Position numbers and translations under genes: made by a program. From Vibrio alginolyticus NBRC 15630 = ATCC 17749 (GTDB lineage: Bacteria > Pseudomonadota > Gammaproteobacteria > Enterobacterales > Vibrionaceae), in NCBI RefSeq assembly GCF_000354175.2, contig NC_022349.1, forward strand, positions 1,320,001 to 1,352,000: a stretch of 32,000 nucleotides of DNA, given 5' to 3'. Shown here piece by piece: positions 6,895 to 16,181 of this stretch. The notes below the pieces were generated by a model. It had not been told where the DNA came from, made no database searches, and saw only the letters and a list, made by a program, of their open reading frames with translations. The stretch's first letter is position 1, and every line of letters starts with the position of its first letter.

Positions 6895-9597
6895 TTACGC
6901 GTCAGCTTTTTCTTTCTTTGCTTTAGGTGCTGCTTTTGCTGCTTCTTGGTCTGCTTTCTTCTTGATAACAGTTGTACCTTCGAAAGTTTCGCCTTCAACA
7001 AATGCTTTACCGTAGTAAGAAGCCATCAACACATCTTTAAGTTCGCTGATTAGAGGGTAACGTGGGTTCGCACCAGTACATTGGTCATCGAACGCTTCTA
7101 CCGCTAGCTCATCCAGTTTCGCTACGAAATCTGATTCAGCAACACCTGCCGCTTGGATAGACATTGGGATGTCTAGGTTAACTTTTAGTTCATCCAACCA
7201 TGCTAGTAGACGTTCAATCTTCTGAGCAGTACGGTCACCTTCTTGGCTTAGGCCTAGGTGGTCAGCAACTTCAGCGTAACGACGACGTGCTTGTGGACGG
7301 TCGTATTGAGAGAACGCAGTTTGTTTAGTTGGATTGTCGTTCGCGTTGTAACGTACCACGTTAGAGATAAGTAGTGCGTTAGCTAGGCCGTGTGGCAAGT
7401 GGAACTCAGCACCCAGTTTGTGAGCCATTGAGTGACAAACACCTAGGAATGCGTTCGCAAATGCAACACCAGCGATAGTAGCTGCGTTGTGTACTTTCTC
7501 ACGAGCGATTGGGTCATTTGCACCGTTCGCATAGCTTGATGGTAGGTACTCTTTTAGCATCTTAAGTGCTTGAAGAGCTTGGCCATCTGAGTATTCGTTA
7601 GCAAGAACTGATACGTAAGCTTCTAGAGCGTGAGTTACTGCATCGTAACCACCAAATGCTGTTAGAGACTTAGGCATGTTCATTACTAGGTTAGCATCAA
7701 CGATTGCCATGTTTGGCGTGATTTCGTAGTCAGCTAGTGGGTATTTAGCACCAGTCTTGTCGTCAGTAACAACCGCGAATGGAGTAACTTCTGAGCCAGT
7801 ACCTGAAGTTGTAGTGATACATACAAGCTCAGCTTTTTTACCCATTTTAGGGAACTTGTAGATACGTTTACGGATGTCCATAAAGCGCATTGCTAGTTCT
7901 TCAAAGTGAGTTTCTGGGTGTTCGTACATTACCCACATGATTTTCGCTGCATCCATTGGTGAACCACCGCCTAGCGCTAGGATAACGTCAGGTTGGTAGC
8001 TAGCCATTTGAGCCGCACCTTTTTCTACTACAGACAGTGTTGGGTCAGCTTCAACATCGAAGAATGTTTGAACTTCCATGCCTTGAGCTTTTAGTAGGCT
8101 TACTACGTCATCTGCGTAACCGTTGTTGAATAGGAAACGGTCAGTTACTAGGAATGCACGTTTCTTACCTTCTAGGTCGCCCAGTGCGATTGGAAGGCTA
8201 CCACGACGGAAGTAGATTGACTTAGGTAGTTTATGCCACAACATGTTTTCAGCTCGCTTCGCTACAGTTTTCTTGTTGATTAGGTGTTTAGGACCTACGT
8301 TCTCAGAGATAGAGTTACCACCCCAAGAACCACAACCTAGCGTTAGAGATGGCGCAACGTTGAAGTTGTACAAGTCACCGATACCGCCGTGAGTAGTCGG
8401 GATGTTGATTAGGATACGAGCTGTCTTCATCTTGTCACCGAAGTAACGGATACGGTCAGCGTTAGTATCTTGGTTAGTGTAAAGACCAGATGTGTGGCCG
8501 ATACCACCAATCTCAACCATAGTTACCGCTTGAGCAACCGCGTCTTCGAAGTTGTCAGCACGGAATAGACCTAGAGTTGGAGATAGTTTCTCGTGAGCGA
8601 ATGCGTCATCGTGAGATACTTTGCCCAGACCTTCACCAACAAGAACTTTAGTGTCTGCTGGAACTTTAACGCCTGCCATTTCAGCGATTGCTGCTGCTGG
8701 CTGACCTACGATTTTCGCGTTTAGCGCGCCATCGATAAGAAGCACTTTACGAACTTTATCAGCTTCTGCTTTGCTTAGGACATAAGCTTTGTGAGAAGCA
8801 AAACGCTCTTTCACTTCGTCGTATACTTCATCAACTACGATTGCAGCTTGCTCAGAAGCACATACTACACCGTTGTCGAAAGTCTTAGACATAAGGATAG
8901 AAGCAACAGCACGTTTGATGTCTGCTGTTTCATCGATAACAACCGGAACGTTACCTGCACCTACACCGATTGCTGGCTTACCAGAAGAGTAAGCGGCTTT
9001 AACCATGCCTGGACCACCAGTTGCAAGGATAAGAGCGATGTCATCGTGTTTCATTAGAGCGTTTGAAAGCTCAACAGAAGGCTGGTCGATCCAACCGATG
9101 ATGTCTTTTGGTGCGCCTGCTGCTACTGCTGCATCTAGAACGAGTTTAGCTGCATCGTTAGTTGAGTTTTTCGCACGTGGGTGTGGTGAGAAGATGATAC
9201 CGTTACGAGTCTTCAAAGAGATTAGAGATTTGAAGATCGCTGTAGAAGTTGGGTTAGTCGTTGGTACGATACCGCAGATGATGCCTACAGGCTCAGCGAT
9301 AGTCATAGTACCTAGGTTGTCATCCTCTTCTAAGATGCCACACGTTTGTTCGTCTTTGTATTTGTTGTAGATAAACTCAGAAGCGAAGTGGTTCTTGATT
9401 ACTTTATCTTCAACAATACCCATACCAGATTCTTCTACCGCTTGTTGAGCTAGCGGGATACGGGCCTGGTTAGCTGCAAGCGATGCTGCACGAAAGATTT
9501 TATCTACTTGCTCTTGAGAGTAAGTAGCGAACTCTTCTTGCGCTTTCTTAACGCGAGCAACCATTGCATCTAGTTCAGCCATATTAGTTACAGGCAT
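6895..9597 (-). CDS. adhE: bifunctional acetaldehyde-CoA / alcohol dehydrogenase
   Basis: 900 aa. MPVTNMAELDAMVARVKKAQ matches the E. coli AdhE N-terminus, and both the aldehyde dehydrogenase half and the Fe-ADH half are collinear with it. Lys/Ala-rich C-terminal tail as in E. coli. Confidence 0.97.
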   Translation of the reverse strand: MPVTNMAELDAMVARVKKAQEEFATYSQEQVDKIFRAASLAANQARIPLAQQAVEESGMGIVEDKVIKNHFASEFIYNKYKDEQTCGILEEDDNLGTMTIAEPVGIICGIVPTTNPTSTAIFKSLISLKTRNGIIFSPHPRAKNSTNDAAKLVLDAAVAAGAPKDIIGWIDQPSVELSNALMKHDDIALILATGGPGMVKAAYSSGKPAIGVGAGNVPVVIDETADIKRAVASILMSKTFDNGVVCASEQAAIVVDEVYDEVKERFASHKAYVLSKAEADKVRKVLLIDGALNAKIVGQPAAAIAEMAGVKVPADTKVLVGEGLGKVSHDDAFAHEKLSPTLGLFRADNFEDAVAQAVTMVEIGGIGHTSGLYTNQDTNADRIRYFGDKMKTARILINIPTTHGGIGDLYNFNVAPSLTLGCGSWGGNSISENVGPKHLINKKTVAKRAENMLWHKLPKSIYFRRGSLPIALGDLEGKKRAFLVTDRFLFNNGYADDVVSLLKAQGMEVQTFFDVEADPTLSVVEKGAAQMASYQPDVILALGGGSPMDAAKIMWVMYEHPETHFEELAMRFMDIRKRIYKFPKMGKKAELVCITTTSGTGSEVTPFAVVTDDKTGAKYPLADYEITPNMAIVDANLVMNMPKSLTAFGGYDAVTHALEAYVSVLANEYSDGQALQALKMLKEYLPSSYANGANDPIAREKVHNAATIAGVAFANAFLGVCHSMAHKLGAEFHLPHGLANALLISNVVRYNANDNPTKQTAFSQYDRPQARRRYAEVADHLGLSQEGDRTAQKIERLLAWLDELKVNLDIPMSIQAAGVAESDFVAKLDELAVEAFDDQCTGANPRYPLISELKDVLMASYYGKAFVEGETFEGTTVIKKKADQEAAKAAPKAKKEKADA

Positions 9598-10247
9598 AGG
9601 GAATCTCCTAAAATTAACAAATATTAAAAACTTTTTACTAAGGCTATTACTTATCGTTTTTACTGTTTATCAGTCACTTAGAAAACAAACGTCTTAGTAA
9701 ATTGCTTTCAGGACTGAGTATAATATTTCAGAGTGTGAAAAAAATTGACTTGGATCAGTTCTCACCACCTAAATACTACCAAAGTGGTGCCTCATCACAC
9801 CAAAATGACATAAATCACTGATAAACAAATAAATTAACTTTCATTTTTTATTGAGTAAAAAAGAAGCAAATGGACAAATAAATAAAAGAAACTACAACAA
9901 CCTGTAAAAAAGTTTCATTTTTGACCAACAAAATTACATGTAGGCCCAATTCTTTGTGCTACTGAGAGTATATCGAACCGAATACATCTCTCTACAAACC
10001 ACCTTGGTTTTTATCAAAAATGTGCGAATGTTAACGTTTATGTAAAACAGTGCAATTTATCAGCAACCTTATGCGTAACATTTCCTTTCCAGATTAGATA
10101 CAGTTTATTAAAGAATTAGTTTTTCTCACTTAAATGGCAGGGAATGCGTTAGTTTTTTTCATTTCTTACAACCTAACTTTTGCCTTACATTACGCCCAAA
10201 TTACCCCTTCTCCTTTTCACTAATGTGAACTTTGATGAGTACGCAAC

Positions 10248-10886
10248 ATGCAAACTTTTGAACTTGCTATCTTCTTGCAGTTTTTTCTCGGTTTGGTAGC
10301 CGCAGTAAACCCTGTTGGTATCATGCCTGTGTTTGTGTCACTAACCGGGCATATGACACCAGACGAAAAGCGCAATACGGCAACAACAGCAAATGTGGCT
10401 GTTGCGATCATCCTGATCATTTCGCTTTTTGCTGGTCAGTTACTGTTAGACATGTTCAGTATTTCTCTGGATTCGTTTCGTGTCGCTGGCGGGTTGCTAT
10501 TACTTAGCATCGCATTCTCGATGATGAGCGGTAAACTGGGGGAAGATAAGCAGAACAAACAAGAGAAAACGGAATACGTCAGTCGTGAACAGATTGGTGT
10601 GGTCCCTCTTGCAATGCCTTTAATGGCAGGTCCTGGTGCAATCAGTTCGACTATTGTTTATGGTGCACGCTACCCAAGCATGTTCGATACCGTGGGCATT
10701 AGTATTACGATTGGTTTGTTCTGCCTTTGTTCATGGCTATTATTCCGTTCTGCCCCATTGATCGTACGATTTTTAGGTCAAACTGGAATCAACGTCATTA
10801 CTCGTATCATGGGTTTGATATTGGGCGCGCTTGGCATAGAGTTCATTGCGAATGGCTTACGCAACTTATTTCCAGGATTAGCCTGA
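10248..10886 (+). CDS. MarC/YchE family (UPF0056) inner membrane protein
   Basis: 212-aa polytopic membrane protein with NP.G..P.F and G.G.IS motifs typical of the MarC family. It sits divergent from adhE, as ychE does in E. coli. Confidence 0.85.
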   Translation: MQTFELAIFLQFFLGLVAAVNPVGIMPVFVSLTGHMTPDEKRNTATTANVAVAIILIISLFAGQLLLDMFSISLDSFRVAGGLLLLSIAFSMMSGKLGEDKQNKQEKTEYVSREQIGVVPLAMPLMAGPGAISSTIVYGARYPSMFDTVGISITIGLFCLCSWLLFRSAPLIVRFLGQTGINVITRIMGLILGALGIEFIANGLRNLFPGLA

Positions 10887-10921
10887 GTTTCTATAAAATT
10901 GTATGATAGAGCGATTCAACA

Positions 10922-11785
10922 ATGGATCGCTTTGTCATGACGACTGACTCTCTTAAACATACTCTATATGTCACCATTTTTGGTACTCATACCAAAGCTG
11001 GTAAAACGTTCGATATTGCTCTCATTATCGCGATCATCAGTTCGTTAATCGTACTGGTGTTAGATTCGATACCCTCCGTTCGGGCCGAGTGGGAAAAAGA
11101 GCTGAAGTTTATTGAATACACATTTACTGGCCTATTCACGATTGAATACCTTCTAAGGCTTTATTGCTCTCCTAAACCTGCCGCCTACGCAAAGAGTTTT
11201 TATGGTGTCGTCGATTTACTTGCGATTTTGCCCACTTATTTAGCACTCTTCTTCCCATCCGCTTCGTTTATGGGTGTGATCAGGGCGCTGCGAGTGATGC
11301 GAATATTCCGCATACTCAAGTTAGTCCGATACCTCCAAGAGTCCAATATCCTCTTACGTTCACTGCTTATGGCGCGCAGAAAGATTTTTATCTTCTTTAG
11401 TTCCGTCGCCATTATGGTAACGATTTTCGGCTCGTTGATTTTTATCATTGAAGGACCTGAAAACGGATTTACTAGCATTCCTAAAAGTATTTATTGGGCG
11501 ATCGTGACCATCACAACGGTTGGGTATGGTGACTTGGTCCCTCAAACAGACCTGGGTAAAGGGCTTGCATCACTCACCATGTTACTGGGTTATTCCATTT
11601 TGGCGGTACCTACAGGTATTTTCACTGCCGAATTACACCAAGAGATGCAATCGCACAAAGTATTGGTGAAATGCCCAAACTGCTCCCACGCAGGGCACGA
11701 CTCTGACGCAATTTACTGTAAACATTGTGGTAGTGAACTGGCCGATCCAGACAAAAGAGTCGTTCGAACAGAAGACGACGCATGA
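10922..11785 (+). CDS. voltage-gated K+ channel family protein with C-terminal zinc-ribbon tail
   Basis: TTVGYGD selectivity filter. S4-like segment RALRVMRIFRILKLVRYL has a basic residue every third position. C-terminal CPNC...CKHC pair. The start could alternatively be ATG 10937. Confidence 0.85.
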   Translation: MDRFVMTTDSLKHTLYVTIFGTHTKAGKTFDIALIIAIISSLIVLVLDSIPSVRAEWEKELKFIEYTFTGLFTIEYLLRLYCSPKPAAYAKSFYGVVDLLAILPTYLALFFPSASFMGVIRALRVMRIFRILKLVRYLQESNILLRSLLMARRKIFIFFSSVAIMVTIFGSLIFIIEGPENGFTSIPKSIYWAIVTITTVGYGDLVPQTDLGKGLASLTMLLGYSILAVPTGIFTAELHQEMQSHKVLVKCPNCSHAGHDSDAIYCKHCGSELADPDKRVVRTEDDA

Positions 11786-11817
11786 AAAAAGAGCTCCCTA
11801 AGGAGCTCTTTTATTTT
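11786..11817. terminator. bidirectional terminator between the K+ channel gene and asd
   Basis: AAAAAAGAGCTCC-CTAA-GGAGCTCTTTTATTTT hairpin with an A-run and a T-run on either side. Confidence 0.85.
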
Positions 11818-11842
11818 GTCATCAAATAAAGGATTGATGTGA

Positions 11843-12958
11843 TTATGCTTTCTCAGACAGAATAATTCGCAGAGTACGACGCAATGGCTCCGCAGCACCC
11901 CAAAGCAGTTGGTCACCAACAGTGAAAGCATTTAGGAAATCATCACCCATTGCCATCTTACGTAGACGACCCACTGGTACAGACATTGTGCCCGTAACTT
12001 TTGCCGGCGTTAGCTCTTGAGCAGTGATGTCACGGTCGTTAGGAATCACTTTCACCCAATCGTTATGAGTGGCGATGATTTCTTCGATTTCGTCCATTGG
12101 TACATTTTGTTTAAGCTTGATAGTAAGTGCTTGAGAGTGACAACGCATCGCGCCAATACGCACGCAAGTACCGTCAATTGGAACAGGTGAACTTTGAGAA
12201 CCCAAAATTTTATTCGCCTCAGCGCCCGCTTTCCACTCTTCTTTACTCTGACCATTATCGCGCTTCACATCGATCCATGGGATCAACGAACCAGCTAGTG
12301 GCACACCGAATTTATCGGTAGGGAAAGAGCCGCTGCGCATTGTATCCGCGACTTTCTTATCAATATCTAGGATAGAGCTTGATGGGTTTGCAAGTTCAGA
12401 GCTAACAGAGTCATTGATAACGCCCATTTGCGAGATCAATTCACGCATATTTTGCGCACCAGCGCCAGATGCGGCTTGGTAAGTCATTGCGCTTGTCCAC
12501 TCAACAAGGCCTTTCTCAAATAGACCACCTAGCCCCATTAGCATTAAACTAACCGTACAGTTACCACCGACAAATGTGTTCGTGCCACCGTGGATGCCTT
12601 GTTGGATTTGCTTTAAGTTCACTGGATCAAGTGTGATGATCGAATCTTCAGCCATACGTAGCGTAGAGGCCGCATCAATCCAGTAGCCTTTCCAACCAGC
12701 CTGACGAAGTGCAGGGAAAACTTTTTCTGTGTAGCTACCACCTTGACAGGTGATTACCGCATCAAGCTGTTTTAAGCTTTCAATATCATACGCGTCTTGC
12801 AGTAAGCCTGCGTCTTTTCCTAAGTTAGGAGCAGGAATACCAACTTGAGAAGTACTGTAGAATACTGGTTCGATTAGGTCGAAGTCTTTCTCTTCAACCA
12901 TACGCTGCATAAGGACTGAACCAACCATACCGCGCCAACCAACTAAACCAACTCTCAT
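11843..12958 (-). CDS. asd: aspartate-semialdehyde dehydrogenase
   Basis: [20 protein letters not shown]... and 371 aa collinear with E. coli Asd, including the [11 protein letters not shown] active-site Cys region. Confidence 0.97.
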   Translation of the reverse strand: MRVGLVGWRGMVGSVLMQRMVEEKDFDLIEPVFYSTSQVGIPAPNLGKDAGLLQDAYDIESLKQLDAVITCQGGSYTEKVFPALRQAGWKGYWIDAASTLRMAEDSIITLDPVNLKQIQQGIHGGTNTFVGGNCTVSLMLMGLGGLFEKGLVEWTSAMTYQAASGAGAQNMRELISQMGVINDSVSSELANPSSSILDIDKKVADTMRSGSFPTDKFGVPLAGSLIPWIDVKRDNGQSKEEWKAGAEANKILGSQSSPVPIDGTCVRIGAMRCHSQALTIKLKQNVPMDEIEEIIATHNDWVKVIPNDRDITAQELTPAKVTGTMSVPVGRLRKMAMGDDFLNAFTVGDQLLWGAAEPLRRTLRIILSEKA

Positions 12959-13389
12959 CGTATTAACTCTCCATGTATTAAAAAACCTACCCCATAGTTA
13001 ATTTTTCACAGCAAAATCTCAACCCCTATTTTGTAAATAAGCGCGTTTTTTAACCTTTTCCTCTGAAAAACCGGGTTACACGAGATTTTTTAGTGTTTGG
13101 TTTGCGGTTTTAACCATTTTTCAAGTAGGGAAAGCACTTTAGCCCCCTAATTGGTCTTACCACTCAATGAGAAAATAACACATGAAGCACAATAATTTCA
13201 CATTACACAACATTTAAAACCAAAAAAGTTAAAACAAACTAACAGTTAATTTCACAAGCAAACGTTTTTACCGACGAACATCAAGATAAAACACCAAATG
13301 TTCGAAATATAATTTTTGTTAATGTATGTTATGCGCGATTACAACAAGGAGCGCCTTCCTCTATTGCTCCAAGATTGACAGAGGCACAT

Positions 13390-14823
13390 ATGAAGCAAGT
13401 TACACCACGCCTACCAAGCTTGATACAGGTATTTATCTCGCTCGGTTTATTTCTCCTGCTGGCATTTTCGTTCACAGCCAAGCTAGACCTACCGATTCAG
13501 CTAGCGCTATACATCGGTTGGTTCATTGTCATGATATTGGGCATAAAGCTTGGCCATCAGTATAAAGATCTGGAAAAAGCAGCACTAAATGGCATTTCCA
13601 ATGGACTTGGAGCCGTTTTAATCCTTTTGGCCGTTGGCGCGCTTGTAGGTACTTGGATCTCTGGTGGTATTGTTCCAACCATTATTTACTACGGCCTTAA
13701 AGCAATCCACCCTTCCATCTTTTTGCTGGCGACCATGATCATCTGTTCATTGACTGCGCTAGCGACTGGCACATCTTGGGGTGCGGCTGGCACGGCAGGT
13801 ATTGCAATGATGGGTATCGGTCAAGGTCTTGGTGTTCCTGCGCCAATCACTGCAGGTGCCGTACTTTCAGGCTGTTACTTTGGTGACAAAATGTCGCCTC
13901 TATCGGATTCAGTAATCCTTGCTTCATCTATGTCTAACGTTGAAGTGATGGAACATATTAAAGGTATGTTGCCGATAGCACTCATTAGCTACATTATTAC
14001 AGGCATTATGTTTACTGCATTTGGCTTCCACTACGCAGGTCAAGTTGACATGAGCCAGGTAGACTCTGTCATTAAAGCGATGGAACAGCAGTTCTACATC
14101 ACCCCTTACTCATTTGTTCCTGTGATCATCGTATTGTCACTTCTAGCGATGCGTATGCCTTCATTCCCAGTGATCAGTTTTGGTTCTCTGCTAGGTATTA
14201 TTTGGGCAGTGATGATCCAAGATGTCGATTTCCTAACCGCGTTCAACACGGCTTGGGCTCCGTTTGCAATCTCATCTGGCGTAGATTTCATTGACTCAAT
14301 CCTTAACCGTGGCGGCATGTCTTCAATGCTTGGGTCGGTAGCGGTTATCGTATTCGGCCTTGGTTTTGGCGGTCTACTAGATAAAGTAGGCGTGCTAGAG
14401 ACTATCGCGAAGCTGTTTGAAAAACGCGTTCAAAGTGCAGGTTCATTGGCAACAAGCACAATTGGTACGGCCTTTATGGGCAACGTATTTGGTTCAGCGA
14501 TGTACGTTTCACTTATTCTGACCCCAAAAATCTGTGCGAAGAACTATGACCGTCTAGGCTACAAACGTAAGAATTTGTCTCGTAACGCAGAATTTGGCGG
14601 CACGCTAACCTCAGGTATGGTCCCTTGGAGTGACAACGGTATCTACATGGCCAGTATTTTGGGTGTTGCTACACTGTCTTATGCCCCGTTCATGTGGCTG
14701 AGTTTTGTATGTATCATCGTAACGATCTTCACTTCTTACATGGGTTGGTTTGTTGATAAGTGCGAACCAACAGCAGAAGCAGTTGAAGAAGCTGAAGGCG
14801 AATTAAAGCAGCAAACCGCTTAA
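13390..14823 (+). CDS. nhaC: Na+/H+ antiporter NhaC family
   Basis: About 12 predicted TM segments, with the size and sequence character of NhaC-type antiporters. ATG 13390 (MKQVTPRL) is preferred over the TTG at 13375 used by the ORF track. Confidence 0.85.
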   Translation: MKQVTPRLPSLIQVFISLGLFLLLAFSFTAKLDLPIQLALYIGWFIVMILGIKLGHQYKDLEKAALNGISNGLGAVLILLAVGALVGTWISGGIVPTIIYYGLKAIHPSIFLLATMIICSLTALATGTSWGAAGTAGIAMMGIGQGLGVPAPITAGAVLSGCYFGDKMSPLSDSVILASSMSNVEVMEHIKGMLPIALISYIITGIMFTAFGFHYAGQVDMSQVDSVIKAMEQQFYITPYSFVPVIIVLSLLAMRMPSFPVISFGSLLGIIWAVMIQDVDFLTAFNTAWAPFAISSGVDFIDSILNRGGMSSMLGSVAVIVFGLGFGGLLDKVGVLETIAKLFEKRVQSAGSLATSTIGTAFMGNVFGSAMYVSLILTPKICAKNYDRLGYKRKNLSRNAEFGGTLTSGMVPWSDNGIYMASILGVATLSYAPFMWLSFVCIIVTIFTSYMGWFVDKCEPTAEAVEEAEGELKQQTA

Positions 14824-14865
14824 CTTCGCAGAGATAGGAAGAACCTCCCTTCCGAATTCAATACT

Positions 14866-14897
14866 AAAAAAGAGCACTTTAAAGCGCTCTTTTTTTA
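14866..14897. terminator. bidirectional terminator between nhaC and the lipoprotein gene
   Basis: AAAAAAGAGCAC-TTTAAA-GCGCTCTTTTTTTATTT, an imperfect hairpin flanked by A- and T-runs. Confidence 0.75.
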
Positions 14898-14913
14898 TTT
14901 CCAAAACAAATCG

Positions 14914-16077
14914 TTAGCTTTGTTTGACTGGCGTTTTCACGGCTGCACGCTTCCCAAACCAATAGCCCAAGCCAAGCGGTGCAAAGAATATAACGGCAAT
15001 GAACAGAATAAAGTAGATGATGGTACTTTTGACAAGTTCAATCAGCTTAGTCATGGCGAGATTCACAACCTCTTGCGACACTCGATCCATATCTTGAGCA
15101 AACTTCTCGCGCTCATGGGTAATGATCTGTGCGATTTCTTGGCGCTCTCTGGCAACCATCAGCTCTATAGCTTGGCGTTCTTCACCCAACTGAGATAAAC
15201 GCGCCTCCGTCCTTTGATCGATATCGTCAACCAAAGGTTGTAACTCCAGCGCCATTTGTTCTGCCAAATAGCGCATGTACTCTGGGTTGTTATCGATAAA
15301 ATCCCTCATCGAATCAGCGGTAACTTGCAAACTATTGAGCGCCGCATTGACTTTTTCGATACTGGCAGAGCTATTCAAGGCCAACAACTGCGCTTTCCAC
15401 GTCATAATTTTTGGTGTCTGCTCTGATACCAGACTTAGACGATCAGAGACATCCCCGAGTGCTTCTGGCATCGTGCCTAGCGTTGTAACGGCTTCCTCTT
15501 CGCTAATTTGGTTTGCATCTAACCACCTACGGTAAGCCGGAGTCCTAATCATGCTTAAATCAGCGAATGGATGCTGCTTGGCGAACTCTGCAACAAACGT
15601 TTTTGTCTTGATGTATGCTTCTTTCTTCAATAAAGATTGAGCCAGTTTATCTACCTCTTTCGCTAAATAAACGGAAACTAACTTGGCCTCATCAGACGCA
15701 AAGAGCTCATTACCAGAAGCGGTAATAAAAAACTGTTCCATTTGTAGCGTGAAAGTCCATGTATCAATCAGTGCAGCCATTGGGGACACTTGGTATGCAG
15801 AAGCTTGGATGCCTTCTTCAGCATTTATCTTCCAAAGTAAAATATAAGATTGATGAACTTTATCATGAGGCTCATATTGTTCGTGTAGTGCATCTGCTGC
15901 TTGCTCAACCTGAGCAAAAAACTGCTGCGCATACTCACGAGTCAAAAGACGCATATTGAGCTCTTGTTTGGTAAGAGGGACGGTTTGACTCTCGATCTTG
16001 ACTTCGAGCAGGGAGCACCCTGAAAGCATCATAACCAGCCCTATCAACATCATTGAAGACATTCGGCGAACGGACAT
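14914..16077 (-). CDS. hypothetical lipoprotein with coiled-coil region and C-terminal TM anchor
   Basis: Signal peptide with lipobox MLSGC. AAAGGTG lies upstream of the ATG. C-terminal hydrophobic stretch IIYFILFIAVIFFAPLGLGYWF. No family recognised. Confidence 0.7.
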   Translation of the reverse strand: MSVRRMSSMMLIGLVMMLSGCSLLEVKIESQTVPLTKQELNMRLLTREYAQQFFAQVEQAADALHEQYEPHDKVHQSYILLWKINAEEGIQASAYQVSPMAALIDTWTFTLQMEQFFITASGNELFASDEAKLVSVYLAKEVDKLAQSLLKKEAYIKTKTFVAEFAKQHPFADLSMIRTPAYRRWLDANQISEEEAVTTLGTMPEALGDVSDRLSLVSEQTPKIMTWKAQLLALNSSASIEKVNAALNSLQVTADSMRDFIDNNPEYMRYLAEQMALELQPLVDDIDQRTEARLSQLGEERQAIELMVARERQEIAQIITHEREKFAQDMDRVSQEVVNLAMTKLIELVKSTIIYFILFIAVIFFAPLGLGYWFGKRAAVKTPVKQS

Positions 16078-16181
16078 GAAAACACCTTTAACAAATTGTA
16101 TAGAACAGGAATAAAGCGAACTAAGTCATATAGTTCGAGCCTTTATTACCTCAACTCTTATGACATTAAGTCAGAGCAATA

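Noticed and set aside
8791-9370. Plus-strand ORFs inside adhE, and similar nested or antisense ORFs inside sodB (4816-5047), the 5370 gene, asd, nhaC, the lipoprotein gene, the HPt gene, yejM, topB, ydjA, fadH and sppA
   Set aside because: All are embedded in strongly supported conserved genes on another frame or strand, lack RBSs and have odd composition. They are typical shadow ORFs.
13312-13339. dif-like 28-mer ATTTTTGTTAA-TGTATG-TTATGCGCGAT (XerC/D site or IMEX attachment site?)
   Set aside because: One arm (TTATGCGC) matches the XerC-arm complement well. The other arm matches only about 7/11 and misses the inner TTATG positions of the XerD arm. The central region is in the wrong orientation relative to the arms, and the site sits in an ordinary promoter region with no integrated element. 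It is most likely chance similarity in AT-rich DNA.
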